This document shows positions 26,561 through 39,487 of a stretch of 64,000 nt of DNA, piece by piece (the stretch's first letter is position 1; every line of letters starts with the position of its first letter). The notes beneath the pieces were generated by a model that saw nothing but the letters and a program-made list of their open reading frames with translations, searched no databases and had not been told where the DNA came from. A program made the translations under genes and the position numbers. The DNA comes from the human T2T-CHM13v2.0 reference genome, Homo sapiens, in NCBI RefSeq assembly GCF_009914755.1, contig NC_060927.1. One strand, given 5' to 3'.

Positions 26561-28209
26561 GAAAGGTATATATAAGCTCTCTACTCGATGATTATGAGCT
26601 TCTCAGTTGGTGTAGGCTAAGATCCTGGCAGAGGTAGGCATGGGAGAAGCTCTGGATTAGTTGAATCCCAAGGCATCATCCTCTCTCTGCTACCATTGTG
26701 GGAAGGGTACCAGAGCAAATCTTCCTTCTTGCTGGGATTAAGCAGCATGCTAAGCCCTCAAAAGGAGTTCCTATATTACAATATGAAGAGCTGTTTTACT
26801 TTCTTTACGCCTAAGGTGGCACTACACGATGAGCAATAGATGTCATCTATATGGATGTTTAGAGGCATGAACCATAGAGGAAGATGGCAAAAGCTCCCAC
26901 TCTTCTTTACCTCCTTTGAACCTTAAAAAAATTCCATAGAAGTTTGCATTACGATTTTCCCCTTTTCATTGCAAATACTTTTATAACAAGATATTGCTTC
27001 AACTACAGCACACTGCTGGGAAAAAACTGCAGATGGGAAGGCTGAGGCTAAATGCCACTGACAGGCAGGGGAGCTTCCTGTTGGCTCCAACATTTAGCTC
27101 TGATGGTTCGATGGACATTTGAGAATTGGAATTTATGAAGTAGAGGAATTTCTGCATATTCACCTTGATACTGTAGCATCAGAAGGTCACCAGAATGCAG
27201 CCCCCACTTTTAAGGAAGTGGAAGATGAAGGTTTCCATTTATACTCTGGTTCATTGTCTCAATTTGGTACATTTTTATGCTTTTGCTACTTATTGATTTG
27301 AGCAACTGAATTACTCTTTGGCAAACAGGGCTGCATTAATGCGTTAAAAGCTCATTATGAGGATAATGGACACAAAGTAAAAAGGAATCAAATGATGTGA
27401 GTGTTAAAGGTTTTTCCCTAGACAGCTGAGAATAAATTGAAAACAAATTCAATTAAAATGACATTCAGCCTTTTTTATTTCTTCCATGGAGTGCTTCCTC
27501 TGAAGGAGGTGCCTAAAGCTAACATGCTGCTTTGAAGGGCTACCCCGTCCTGCACCAGACAGACGTGGGAAGACCAATGCAGAACGTGTGTCCATGATGG
27601 GCTGATTTAGGAAGCTGTTCTCTAAAGCCACACGTTTCTGCCTCCTGCAGATATCTCTATGTCTGTTTGCCATATCCCTTTCTGCTTTCTTTTGGTTAAA
27701 AATCAGAAGACCCCTCAAAGCAAGGCAAGCTTCCCATCATGTAATAACCTTCCCGCATCTCAGCCTTATGCCCCAAGCTGAAATCTGGGTCTATCCTTAC
27801 CCCAACCTTCGCTGCTGCTTTAGTTTCACAAGCGCAGTCAGGCTTCCTCTATCCACAGGGATTTTCAAGCCAGCCCTAGCAGTCATGCAGTTTTTCCTTC
27901 CTTTTCTTATTTACTGTTCTACTCTATCATTTTTATTATGAAAGTCCGACTCCCTCCTTTAAGAAGACAAAGGATGGAGTGGTGTATTTTATAAGGAAAT
28001 GCTCGCTGTTTCTTCCTTCCCTCTAATCACTGCTGCCCTTCCACAGGTAACCAAGGGCAGTAGCTGGGTGTGGATTGCCAGCCTATACATTTCCTTTTCC
28101 CCACTTCCCTACATCCAACCCATCTCAAAGCTCTTTAATTCTATCTTTAAAATGTTTTTCAAAGCAGTGCATTTCTTTCCTTCTTTCCTAGTCATTGTCA
28201 CCCATTAGG

Positions 28210-28668
28210 TGTATTTATTTCCTAGGGCTGCTGGAAGGAAGCACCACAAATTGGGTGACTTAAAGCAACAGGATTATATTATCTCACCATTCTGGAGGCT
28301 AGAAATCTGAAAATCAAATGGTCAGTAGGGCCAGGCTCCCTCTGAAACCTGCAAGGGTGTCCTTCCTTGCCTCTTCCTGGCTTCTGGAGGTCTCTGGCCT
28401 TACTTGGCCTTACTTGGCTTGCAGCTGCAGCATGCCACACTCTGCCTTTATGCCATCTGGGGTTGTCCCTGTGTGCCTGTCTTCACATGCCTGCCTTTTT
28501 ATAAGGACACCAGGCATTTGTTGGACCCTACTCCAGTATGACCTCATCTTAACAAATTATATCTGTAATGGACCCTATTTCCAAATAAGGTCACATTCCA
28601 AGGAGTAGGGGGTTAGGGCTTCAACACATTTTGGCGGGGGAGGAGGGGACACAATCGAACCCATAGCA
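28210..28668 (-). mobile_element. MLT1C MaLR solo LTR
   Basis: TGTATTTATTTCCTAGGGCTGCT...CCTATTTCCAAATAAGGTCACATTC...GGGGACACAATCGAACCCATAGCA. Confidence 0.8.
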
Positions 28669-29133
28669 CAAGGCTACAGTGGACTAGCCTCTTACTTTCT
28701 CAGAGTAGAACCTGCCCAGCAGCCAGAAGAGTTCCTTCAATTTCATGGAGATCCAGGCACTCTTCTCCTTAAAACCCACCCTTACAAGGCTTCCGTTGTA
28801 CCTAAGGTAAAATCCAAGCTCCTGATACAGTTGACAAGGCTTTTTTATCTGGATCCCGCTCAGCTGTGCTGCTCAAAGCCTTCACCTGTAGCCCCTCTCC
28901 CTTCATTCAGCCCCCTCGCCCTCCTCCCTCACGCTCCTCATTCTTTGCTGAGTTAGCCCTGCTCCTCCATCACATCATATTTTGAATGCTTCTCCTTCCT
29001 GGTGGCCTTCCCTGACCCCTCCAAAATCTTGGCCGTATGTACGCAGCCTTTTTTTCCTCTCTCACTCTCCTACGTGCTTATCTCACCTGTACTGATGTCA
29101 TCCTCAGGGCATTTGTTTAATGTCTGTCTTAAA

Positions 29134-29348
29134 CAAGTGTTGACGAACTAGGGCTAATGGGCCAAATTTGGCCTGTGGTCTATTTTTGAAAGACCCTTGA
29201 TATGAGAATGGTTTTTTATATTTTTTAGTGTTGTTAAAAACAAGCATACAAAAAATACAAAGAAAATATGCTTCAGAGACTGCAAGTGGCCTGCAAAGCC
29301 TTAAATATTTATGCTCTGGCTCTTTATAGAAATGTGTGATGATCCCTG
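29134..29348 (+). mobile_element. MER58C (hAT-Charlie MITE)
   Basis: GGGCCAAATTTGGCCTG...TGGCCTGCAAAGCCTTAAATATTT...CCCTG; 8-bp TSD GTCTTAAA / GTCTTACC. Confidence 0.75.
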
Positions 29349-29772
29349 GTCTTACCTACTATCAACTCCCTGGGAGCCAGAATCTTGTCTGTTTTATTTG
29401 CTGCTGTGTCTGGAAAATCTTGCAAGGGGTCTGGCACTTACTAAGATCCTTGCTAGATATACAGTTGTGAAGTGAATGAGTTATTCAATGAATGGTTGGT
29501 TCTCAGTGACTGTTGATTTAGGAGAAACCAATCTTTTCGTAACAGCCAGAGAGACTTCTCTGGTAGTATGTATGGATTTTGATAATCTGGCAATTCAGTC
29601 ATTTAATAAATAGTGAGGACCAGTGACATTTTAGACATTAGTTGAGTAACCAGGGAGGGAGACTGAGCTCTTCTCTTGGGAAACTCATCTGAAGAAGAGA
29701 TGCAAAATGTGATGAAGGGATTTAACCAGGGCATCACTTGTGAAAGAGAAATTTAAACAGTGTATTCCTGGA

Positions 29773-30269
<497 letters not shown>

Positions 30270-31454
30270 TCATCTAATTTTATATTATCAATACACAAAC
30301 ACTGTTCTCCTAGAGACAAATTTTCCCCAGATGGGCTGGTTGTTGCTTTGCCTCTGGTCCAAACAGGACCATCTCTCATGAGTCATTCTCACTTTGTTGC
30401 CCTCAAAGTGCAGGTAGTTGTGGAAAAAAACAAAACTTTAAGCATCCTCAACTCCAGCCTAAATGAGAAAGCTGTTGTCCTGTGCAGCCTATGGAAACTC
30501 TTGAGGAATGAACCAGAGACCGCGTCCCTTAGTAGACAGCTGAGCAGCCCTTCCTTATCCAACCACCATCTTTCACCACAAGGCATGTCCTTATGGCTGT
30601 CATTTAAAATCCCACCTCAGCTTTTATTTTTTCCAGGTTGCTGCAGTTTTAATGCCTATTTTCAGAAGCAGGATGAATCTGAGATACACAATCTGCCAGT
30701 TGACCTAGCTTCTTACAATTCAGTGATTCATTTCAAAATCTCTCCCTGTGAATCTTGAGAAATCAAGCTTAAGGATAGTGTTAAGTTGTACAGAAGGTCT
30801 TTGTTCTTCCCACTTTTGGCTAAATTAGAATCGGTTTGTCTTGGACTTATTCTACGCCTTTCTACTAGAACTTACCGAGATCTTTTATTTCCTAACTGTA
30901 TTTAAATTTTCTTTTTAATGTAAGTCCTTGAGAGTTGGCTTTTGTCCTCCAAACAGGTAGTAGCCTCATCATACAGCTGGAAGTGCCCTTCTTCCCCTCA
31001 GTTCTTCCTGCAGCTCCCAACTTGAAGTCCACCCCCCTCCTGGAGGCCTTCCTTCAGCACCAGCAGCTAAACACACCTGTTTTTGAGGCTCCCACGCCTC
31101 CCCCAACAAATGAAAAGCCAAATCAAGGGCCCAAATTTGCAGAATAATTAAAATTATATCATTTGTCTATCACAATGAAAGATACAATGGGACTCAAATT
31201 CACTGACACACAAGAAGATGGAGAGTTCATTAAAAGAACATGTAGCATAGAAGCTGAGTCCTGCGGTGTGGTGGTGAGGTCCTGGCACAGGACTGATCAG
31301 AGCCGCAAGTGTGACATCTTTCGGTCTGTAAGTTGCCCCCTGCACCTTTGCAAGGCTCCGCAGCATTGGGAATAGGAGGCCCTTTGAAATGAGAGGCCTG
31401 GCCAAACACTGCTGGGTTTTCTCTGTGTTCAGTGGATCTTTTTCCCCATTGTTC

Positions 31455-31640
31455 ACCAGCACAGTGTCCTGTTCATTTCCTTTAAAGCATATCTTCCAAT
31501 TTGTAACTATTTTACTTACTTTACCTGTTTGCATTCTGTGCCCTTCCCTTGCCCCCACCAGAATGTAAACTCCATGAAGGTGGGGTACATGTAGTATGTA
31601 ATGCAGTCTCCTGGTCTCCCCAGCAGTCTCAGTGCCTGGC
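31455..31640 (+). mobile_element. L2a 3' fragment
   Basis: CACCAGAATGTAAACTCCATGAAGG...CAGTGCCTGGC. Confidence 0.65.
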
Positions 31641-31646
31641 CTCCTG

Positions 31647-31869
31647 TAGACCCTGTGAGAGTGACAGTGCCATTCGCAGGGCCTGTTGGTGGTAGGGATG
31701 GGTAGGTGTGAGCAGTCCACCACACCTGAGGGCATGGAAGATGGTCCGCTAGTCCTGCCGTGTTGGGCAGTGGTTTAACACCAAGGCCAACCCCCAGTCT
31801 GGCAACTGAACTATTTCATGCTGTTTATCAGCAGTGCCCCTCCTCAGCTCCACGAGCTGCATGGGTCTG
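31647..31869. mobile_element. Possible hAT-Tip100-type MITE interrupting L2
   Basis: Imperfect terminal inverted repeats TAGACCCTGTG / CATGGGTCTG; internal GTGCCATTCGCA and CTATTTCATG; L2-like tail resumes afterwards; no TSD seen. Confidence 0.35.
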
Positions 31870-32178
31870 TGGTTGAGCTAAGTTTATTCAGTTTCAATAA
31901 TAAATATAAATAAATATGAAGACTAAATAAATGGATAAGACTTTTGTCCCTTGGTCTTTGTTTTCCTGTTGGTCTCTATCTCTTTCATGTTCTCATATGA
32001 CTGTACTGACCCATCCCTGATTCTCGCTGGGTTCCTGTTTCCCAGAACCTCCTTCTTTCACTCTAGCCATCACTCATCTGTGATCTCTCAAGTTGGATCC
32101 CCATTGTCAGTACCGGGGAGCCTCTGCTTGTGATCATAAGACTCCATCATGTCAATGACCTCTCATGCTCTTGCATTA

Positions 32179-32716
32179 CGGTAGTCCACCCTTATCTTCA
32201 GGTGACCATTCCAAGACCCCCAGTGGATGTCTGAGACCACGAATGGTACAAAACCCTGTATACCTATATATACTATATTTTTTTCCTATACATACATGTC
32301 TATGATAAAGTTTAATATAAATTAGGCACAGTAAGAAATTAATGACAACAATAATAAAAATGGAACAATTACAACAATATCCCAGCATCACTACTCTTAT
32401 GCTTTGGGGCTTTTAATAAGTACAATACAGGTTCCGTGAACACAAGCACGCAGTCCCTTGGCAGTCGATCTAATAAACAAACTCGCTGCCAAGTGACTAA
32501 TGGGCAGGGAGTGTGGACAGTGCAGACACACTGGACAAAGGGAGGATTCACATCCCAGGCAGGACAGAGCAGGATTTCATCACACTCAGAGAGCATGCAA
32601 TTTAAAATTGATGAATTGTTTATTTCTGGAGTTCTCCATTGAATATCTTCTGACTTCCAATTGACTTTGGGTAACTGGAACCATGAAAGCAAAATTGTGC
32701 ATAAGGAGTATTACTG
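32179..32716 (-). mobile_element. MER44B (TcMar-Tigger)
   Basis: TIRs CGGTAGTCCACCCTTATC / CATAAGGAGTATTACTG; TA (32177-32178) and TG target sites; AATTTAAAATTGATGAATTGTTTATTTCTGGA. Confidence 0.85.
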
Positions 32717-32754
32717 TGTTTGGTCTTTCCATGTTAAATTAAGTATTTAGATCA

Positions 32755-33002
32755 AACATAGGGATTGGAAATGTGAATTCTGGAGCCAGGCAGCCTGGGT
32801 TCAAGTCCCAGCTCCACCAGTGGCAAGCTAGAAATCCTTGTGTAAGCTGCTGGGACTGTCTGTGCCTCAGTTTTCTCACCTGTAAAATAAGGATAGTAAT
32901 TGTATCTTCTTCAGAGAGTTGTTGTAAGGATTAAATGCCTTAATCCATGAAAACACATGTGACAATGCCTGGCATATGGTAAGTGCTCAACATGGGTCAG
33001 CT
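32755..33002 (+). mobile_element. MIR/MIRb
   Basis: CTGGGTTCAAGTCCCAGCTCCACCA...TGTGCCTCAGTTTTCTCACCTGTAAAAT...GTAAGTGCTCAA. Confidence 0.85.
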
Positions 33003-33134
33003 TCTGTATGGTCTACACATTAATGCATTTGGCTCAGAAGCAGTCTCCTAGAGTCCTCTTCCTAGGTGCTAAGAGCCTTCCATTGTGTGTGAGGCTTTCT
33101 CTGTGTTGAAATGTGTGTTTAAAATAAGGACTTG

Positions 33135-33462
<328 letters not shown>

Positions 33463-33994
33463 TCACTGCCCAGGAGAGGTGGAACCTGGCGCAGTAAGCC
33501 CTGGGGTTGGACAGCATCTCTGTTCACCCAGCTCAGTGGGGGTGGCCCCTGCCTCAATTCCTGGTGGGCTGCATTGTCTCACACATGGTGGAGGCCCTGG
33601 GGAGAGGAAGGGACATAGCCAAGGAGACCTGGAGCCTGTGGCGGCCTAAGCCTCCAGCAGAGGCCAGAAGGCAACAGGCTTTGATGTGCTGCCAGGCTAA
33701 GAATGGGGCAAAATGCCAAGGAACAGAGTGATTGGCACCTCAGGCCTGCTGTCTCTGAATTATCATCTGCTTCTAGAGTTGCAAAGGCAGGTGTTGTCCT
33801 GAGAGACAGGCAGGGACAGATGCCACACATGCAGGAGCATGGCAGACGGATTCAAGCTGTGACCCTCCAGAGACCACAGTGATGGCTGGGTCCTCCATGC
33901 CCCCTTGGATCTCAAACCACCGGGCAGGTGACTGTCAGCCTTCCTGCACCTTTACCACCCCCGTAGTTACGGGTCTGTGGGCAGCTTCTCCCGA

Positions 33995-34024
33995 GCAGTT
34001 CTCCGAGTGGCCAGCAGATGGCGG
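33995..34024 (+). promoter_or_regulatory. Candidate CTCF site with upstream (ZF9-11) motif
   Basis: TGGCCAGCAGATGGCGG (34008-34024) fits CCASYAGRKGGCRS exactly; GCAGT-TCT-N5 upstream; local CpG enrichment. Confidence 0.65.
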
Positions 34025-34744
34025 AATTTCTCTTGTGTTCCAGACAGAGGCTTTCAATTGGCGTAGCATTTCCACTGCTGAGAACCAGGGAGAATTAAGT
34101 ACTGGTAACATTTTGAAAATAAAATGTAGCAGGCAAAATACCTTGGAGACCACAAATTGGGAGAGTCTTTTAATTTTTTTAATTTTTCAGAAAAAAGATG
34201 AAATATACATTAGAATTTACAAAACACTTTTATATTCATCATCTCACCGTAAAAAGGGAAAAGATGAAAATCAGTTTTAACCCCCTTTTGGAAAACAGGT
34301 AGGCTGCAGCTGAGTCTTCCATCTGCATGATTGTTAGACTGTAAATTGGATCACTCGGTGCTAGTATGTGACAATATTATTATTGCTGTAATGATATTGA
34401 TAATGAGAATATCAGAAATAATAGCTGCTATTTATTAAATGCCACTATGGGCTAAGCATTTTACATGCATTATCTTGTTTAATCCATAGAATAACAACAC
34501 GATGCAGGGATACACAGTGATTTACTGTTGAATCTTGAGACTATAGCAGCAGCCTCGTGCTTATTGTCCCAGAAGTAACTCAGCATCACCAGACAAAAGC
34601 CACCAAGAGTTAACTCACAGCGGGATTCGTCCTCTCAAATAAAAACATGCCAACCTGTCCCTTTTGCTTAGAATTTAATTCTGCTACTATTTTCCTCTGT
34701 CCTGCTTAGCAGAACATACTACATATTACATTAATAATAACAGC

Positions 34745-34930
34745 AACAATAATAACAACTATCATTTATTCAATGCCTAGTATGTGCCAGGTGCTATTCT
34801 AAGAAAATCTTAAAACCTCACAGCAGCATTACTGGGTAGGAACTTTTAATCACCACTTTACTGATGAGGGAAATAAAGCCCAGAGAGGTCTGGCAGTACT
34901 TCTAAAGTCACACAGCTAGCAAACAGCAGT
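34745..34930 (-). mobile_element. MIR
   Basis: CATTTATTCAATGCCTAGTATGTGCCAGG...TTTACTGATGAGGGAAATAAAGCCCAGAGAGG...GTCACACAGCTAG. Confidence 0.7.
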
Positions 34931-35357
34931 TAACTCCAGGGGTGGGAATCTGTCACTAAGTTAATGGCCCTCGTGTCTTAATTGTCTGAATGAATTTCCT
35001 ACTGTATATTCCTTGGTTTCATCCCAGCGTCATCATTAGTCTGACATTCTGCTTGTAAGAGCATTTTCTTGATGTTCCATTCTTTGCCTCCATGGGATTT
35101 TTTTTTTTTTATGGTGAGTTTTGCCTCTGAGCTTGTGTCCATGCTAATTCCAAACCAAAAATACAGTCCCAGTTGGTGAGTCCAGATTGGTGGTAGGGAC
35201 ACACTCCATATCCCAAGATAACCCTGTATTTCTAAATTATTGGAGGGATTTGACTGTTTGGCAGAGCAAATGGGCATGCAAGATGTTCATCTCAGCAGAG
35301 TTATTTTACGTCTTTTTTGAGTGTGTCTCTTTTCTCTGGCTCAGAAGAAAGGGCACT

Positions 35358-35571
35358 GTAGGATGACTATAACTAACAGTAATTTATTATATATTTTAGA
35401 TAGCTAGAAGAGAGGCTTTTGAATATCCCCAACAGAAAGAAATGATTGATGTTTGAGTTGATGTATGTGAATTATCTTGATTTGACCTCTATACATCGTA
35501 CATATTGTAACTTCATGTTATACCCCATAAGTATGTACAATTATTATTTATCAATTAAAAATAAAATAAAA
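35358..35571 (+). mobile_element. L1MA (MA5-7-like) 3' terminal fragment
   Basis: ATAGCTAGAAGAGAGG...TACCCCATAAGTATGTACAATTATT, A tail; TSD AGAAG(C)AAAGGGCACT at 35343-35357 / 35572-35587. Confidence 0.8.
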
Positions 35572-36324
35572 AGAAGCAAAGGGCACTTTGCTTCCTTCCT
35601 CAGCAGGTGTCTCATGGCCAGCACTGGCCGGAGTGTCACAGTTCTGAAGCCTTAACTTAGATCTCTCTCTGTTGTTCTCTCCCCCTCTCCCCTCTCTCCT
35701 TTGTCCCTACTCCACTTTCCTTCCTCTCTTGTGTGCTCTATTTCCAGACACACTTTTGGGTACCCCATTTGGATGAGAAAATACAGGTTAGGTGTACATA
35801 TCAGCTTCCTGTGTGCTGTCAAACTTTCTTTATAACATTTGGATTTTGGAAGTGCCTCATGGGTGTATAGGATGGATTTTTGCCAGAAGGGCTTATTTTC
35901 AGGCCTCGTGAATACCTCTATCAGGTGAAGACAGCTGTCTCTTAACAACTCAAGTAATAGTGCCTGAGGCCTGGTTAGAAATCCTGTTGCCTCTGCAAAT
36001 GGGACTGTGGCTGGTATCTGGGTTCCCCGTTCTCAGCCTTCACATCCCAGTTCCCAAAAGTCTCAATTCCCAAGGCTCAGGTGGACCACTTCCTTCCTTT
36101 CTGCTGCCAGAGAAAGACATCCTGTTTTAGGGGCTACCCTCCAAGTCAGGAGCTGCCATCAGTACTCAGAGGGTAGTACCAGCTGCAGAATGCATTTCAG
36201 AGCTCAGGGAGCCTTGAGGCAGGACAGGCTGGAGGTTTCCTGCAGTCAGTTTACCAGGAGAACGTTTTCAGAGTGGGGTCTGTGGAATGTTATTGGCTAC
36301 CACATGTACATAGGCATACGTGCG

Positions 36325-36377
36325 CTCTCTCTCCCTCTTTTTCTTTCTCTTTTTTTCTCTCTCTCTCTCTCACTCTG

Positions 36378-36412
<35 letters not shown>
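36325..36412. repeat. Compound CT-rich / (CA)17 microsatellite
   Basis: Read directly; CA run at 36379-36412. Confidence 0.95.
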
Positions 36413-36414
<2 letters not shown>

Positions 36415-37689
36415 CACACTGCTACAACCAGGATACAAAATGGTTCCCTGGCTGAGCAAGCCCCGGGAACATTGGATTAAACTGTTTTCTCTCAAAGGTC
36501 TTAATTCTAAAAAAGGGTCACAGCTTGGAGGGTTTTCTACATTTTTTTAGGCCAAGGAGTCTCTTCTGGCAGACCATGTCATGGGGCTGGTCATCTGTGG
36601 AACACACTTTTGGAAACTCCACACTTGAGATATAGTTGTAAGTGCTAGTTCTTGTCTAAAGGCAGAAAAGTACCTCTTTGCCAAACACCGAGCTCAGCCC
36701 TTGAGGAGGGAGGCAACGGGATGTAGCTGTGCTGTGTGCCACTCCCTTGGAATGAGCAATGCCCAGGCAAGACCAGGCCTCTGTGTCAACAACCCATTAC
36801 TCTCTTTTGTGCACACTTCTCAGTGTGGGCTTCAGTCCCCACCCTCCATGTTTTTCCTAGGGGTCCACAAGTTCACTCTGTGAGTCATTGTCACTTAACC
36901 TCAGGGTAGCTTTTGGGGCTGGCCTTATCTTCTGAGAGTTCCCATTTTGGCAGATCTTCTGAGCTCTTCCACCAGCATCATGGTCTCCATGTATGCCTGG
37001 ATGCAGCTCTTCTAATGAGACTGATCCCCAAAGCTTGGAAACCTCCATGGTACTAGTCTGGCACTGCCAGCACCATACCATGGTGTTCCTCCCAGAGCAG
37101 GGCAGTACTGACACTCAGGACATTACTGGGATTGAATATCAGACACCATGACTTCCTTTGTATGGCCCTGCCCATGCCTCTCTGTCCTCAGGCCACTTCA
37201 GGCCCTGCGGACCAGATACTTCTTGCCTCCCTGCAAATCTTTCATGAAAAAAACAGCCCCGCTATAACAGGGCTACAAAAGGCAAAGGTAGCAGTCTAGT
37301 TTGGGGTCTTCTTAGAAGCAGTAGGTTTGGGGATTGGGTTGGGGGAGGCCTCTAACATCTTAGCCCAGCATCTTGGGACAGTGGATGTTACTACCTCATG
37401 ACTGTTGTTAACCTGACCTTTCCTACATCTGCCCTAATACAGAAACTAGGACTCTGTATCTCATCTCTGTCATCCTACAGTGAGGTGAATGCAGAGATCC
37501 TGCACTGATGTGAAGCCCATCTGGGATCTCTAGACACAAGGCCACCGGCATGAGCATGGCAGCCCAGGGAGAATACAGATGGTGTACCTCTATGCCAAAC
37601 GGATCAGAATGCTTCATACATGTAGCACAGATTAAAGGCTCCAATGACACCTTGAGTCAGGATTTTAGGAAATGAACAGAGATTCTAAG

Positions 37690-38095
37690 TCTCTCAAAAG
37701 CCACTCCAGACATAAAAACAAAATACAATAAATTATCCTAGACTGGAACCTTTACTAAAGGGAAAATATTGGCCAAAGGGCATCATCCTAACAATTGCCA
37801 AAGTTAGAGAATGCACTGTAGGTTACATAAAAATGGTACCTCAAAGGTAAATTTCCTGAATGTGATAAATGCACTGTGGTAACGTAAGAGAACATCTTTA
37901 TTCTTAGGAGGCATACCCTGAAATATTAAGAGGTTAAGGGACATAAAATATGCAACCTACTCTCAGTAGTTCATAAAAAATACTAATAAATATCTACAAG
38001 ATAAATTCTTTAAAATTCATTAATCTGGGTGAAGAATACATTATTTTTGTATTTATTTGTCACATTTTTCTGTAAGTTTGAAAATATCTCAAATA
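37690..38095 (+). mobile_element. L1MC4/5-like 3' end
   Basis: TAAATTTCCTGAATGTGATAA..CACTGTGGT..GTAAGAGAACATC..TTCTTAGGA; TGCAACCTACTCTCA; TTTTCTGTAAGTTTGAAAAT. Confidence 0.65.
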
Positions 38096-39264
38096 TTATC
38101 CAAGGGGGTAGTTGTTTAGAGATGAATTTCATCTCTGTGATGTAAAACATGCAAAAATATATCCCAAAACCAAGACCTGCAGAAACTGAGTTGGATATTT
38201 GCCCTGGTCTCCTTAGCCCAGGGGTCCCAGTGCTCCATGAGGCCACTACCCGGAGCTAGATGAAAAGCCAGGCCTCCTGAACTGGTCCTTGATGGGGGAT
38301 CTTAGCCTTTTCTCCCTTTAGAGGAGTTGATGGCCAGATGTGGGGAATTCTGGCTGAAAGTAGAGGCATAAATGCAAAGATAGCACAACACTATTTTGGT
38401 GAAAGTTGGGAAGTCTTTTTGCTTCACCTAACAAGGTCTGCATGTTTTTATGAATGCTAACCTTATTACAAGGTATATGAACTCCAACCTGGCATTCATA
38501 GATCCCCAGAGCCCATGATAATGACTCAAAGGCATGCTACAAAGTAAATGATCAAATTCTATGATCATTTGTTGCCCCATAATTAGAAACTGGCCATCCA
38601 GGTATTTCCCCCAATGGTGCCTCTGACCTGCACCCAGACAGACCTATGACCTGTGAGCTGCTGTCCCCACTTGCCTCCCCCATCACCCAGCTCTCCCAGC
38701 ACTTAGTGCCCAACCACTGGGTGGAAACTTCCAGTCTTCAGGATCCACCTTGACAACTCCAACAAGTCTGCTTCTGTGTGTTCCTCAGGCTGTCAGCAGC
38801 AGGGGTGACAGAGTATAGGGGGGCACCATGAAGTGGTGAAAAGAGCCTCTCCTCCATAGCCTGTCACATTTTGTCGCTCAGACCTCAAGGCCACCCTGTT
38901 CACACCCGGAGTCTCCCCATTTATCCTAGGAACTGCGATTCTGCTTTGAGCTGAAATGTTGCCAAGCCTCACATGTAAAAAAATAAATAAATACACAAAT
39001 AAATCAAAATGAAACAGAAAAAAGACACAAGGATTCTGTCTGCCTGTCACCCCTATGACTGTACAGTCTCAAACTCAGTGCATGATGCCTGCTGAGAGAC
39101 AAACCTAACACTTTCTGCTTCATCCCCTAGTACTTCCCCCAACCCAGATTTTTCTTTGTCGCTGTATATGAAACAAAAACCTGCTCTGCATATTAGTGGA
39201 TTTAAACAGCTCTCAGGAGATGATGGTAGAGTAGAAATATTACCAGAAGTTGTAGCTGTTCCAA

Positions 39265-39487
39265 CCAAGTGAGCACCTTTTTTGTGTCTGGCTCAGTGCT
39301 GAGTGCTTTATGTGATTTATCTCATTCAGTACTTCTAATCATTAAGTTCTATGTCATCCCCATCTCTCAGATGAAGAAACCAGGAAGTTAACTGATGTGT
39401 TCAAGATCTCACAGTTAGCAAGAAGTGGAACCTGAACAATTGTCTGGACACATCTGACTCCAAAGTCCATATTCTTCACCCACTGTA
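39265..39487 (-). mobile_element. MIRb
   Basis: CCCCATCTCTCAGATGAAGAAAC...TCTGACTCCAAAGTCCATATTCTT. Confidence 0.75.

Larger units (their letters stand above)
28090..29495 (+). mobile_element. L2 interrupted by MLT1C and MER58C
   Basis: CCCTACATCCAACCCATC, GGTAAAATCCAAGCTCCT, GCCTTCCCTGACC, terminal GTGAATGAGTTATTCAATGAATG. Confidence 0.65.

Noticed and set aside
31154-31735. 193-aa minus-strand ORF
   Set aside because: Runs through L2 and MITE-like remnants; no homology recognised
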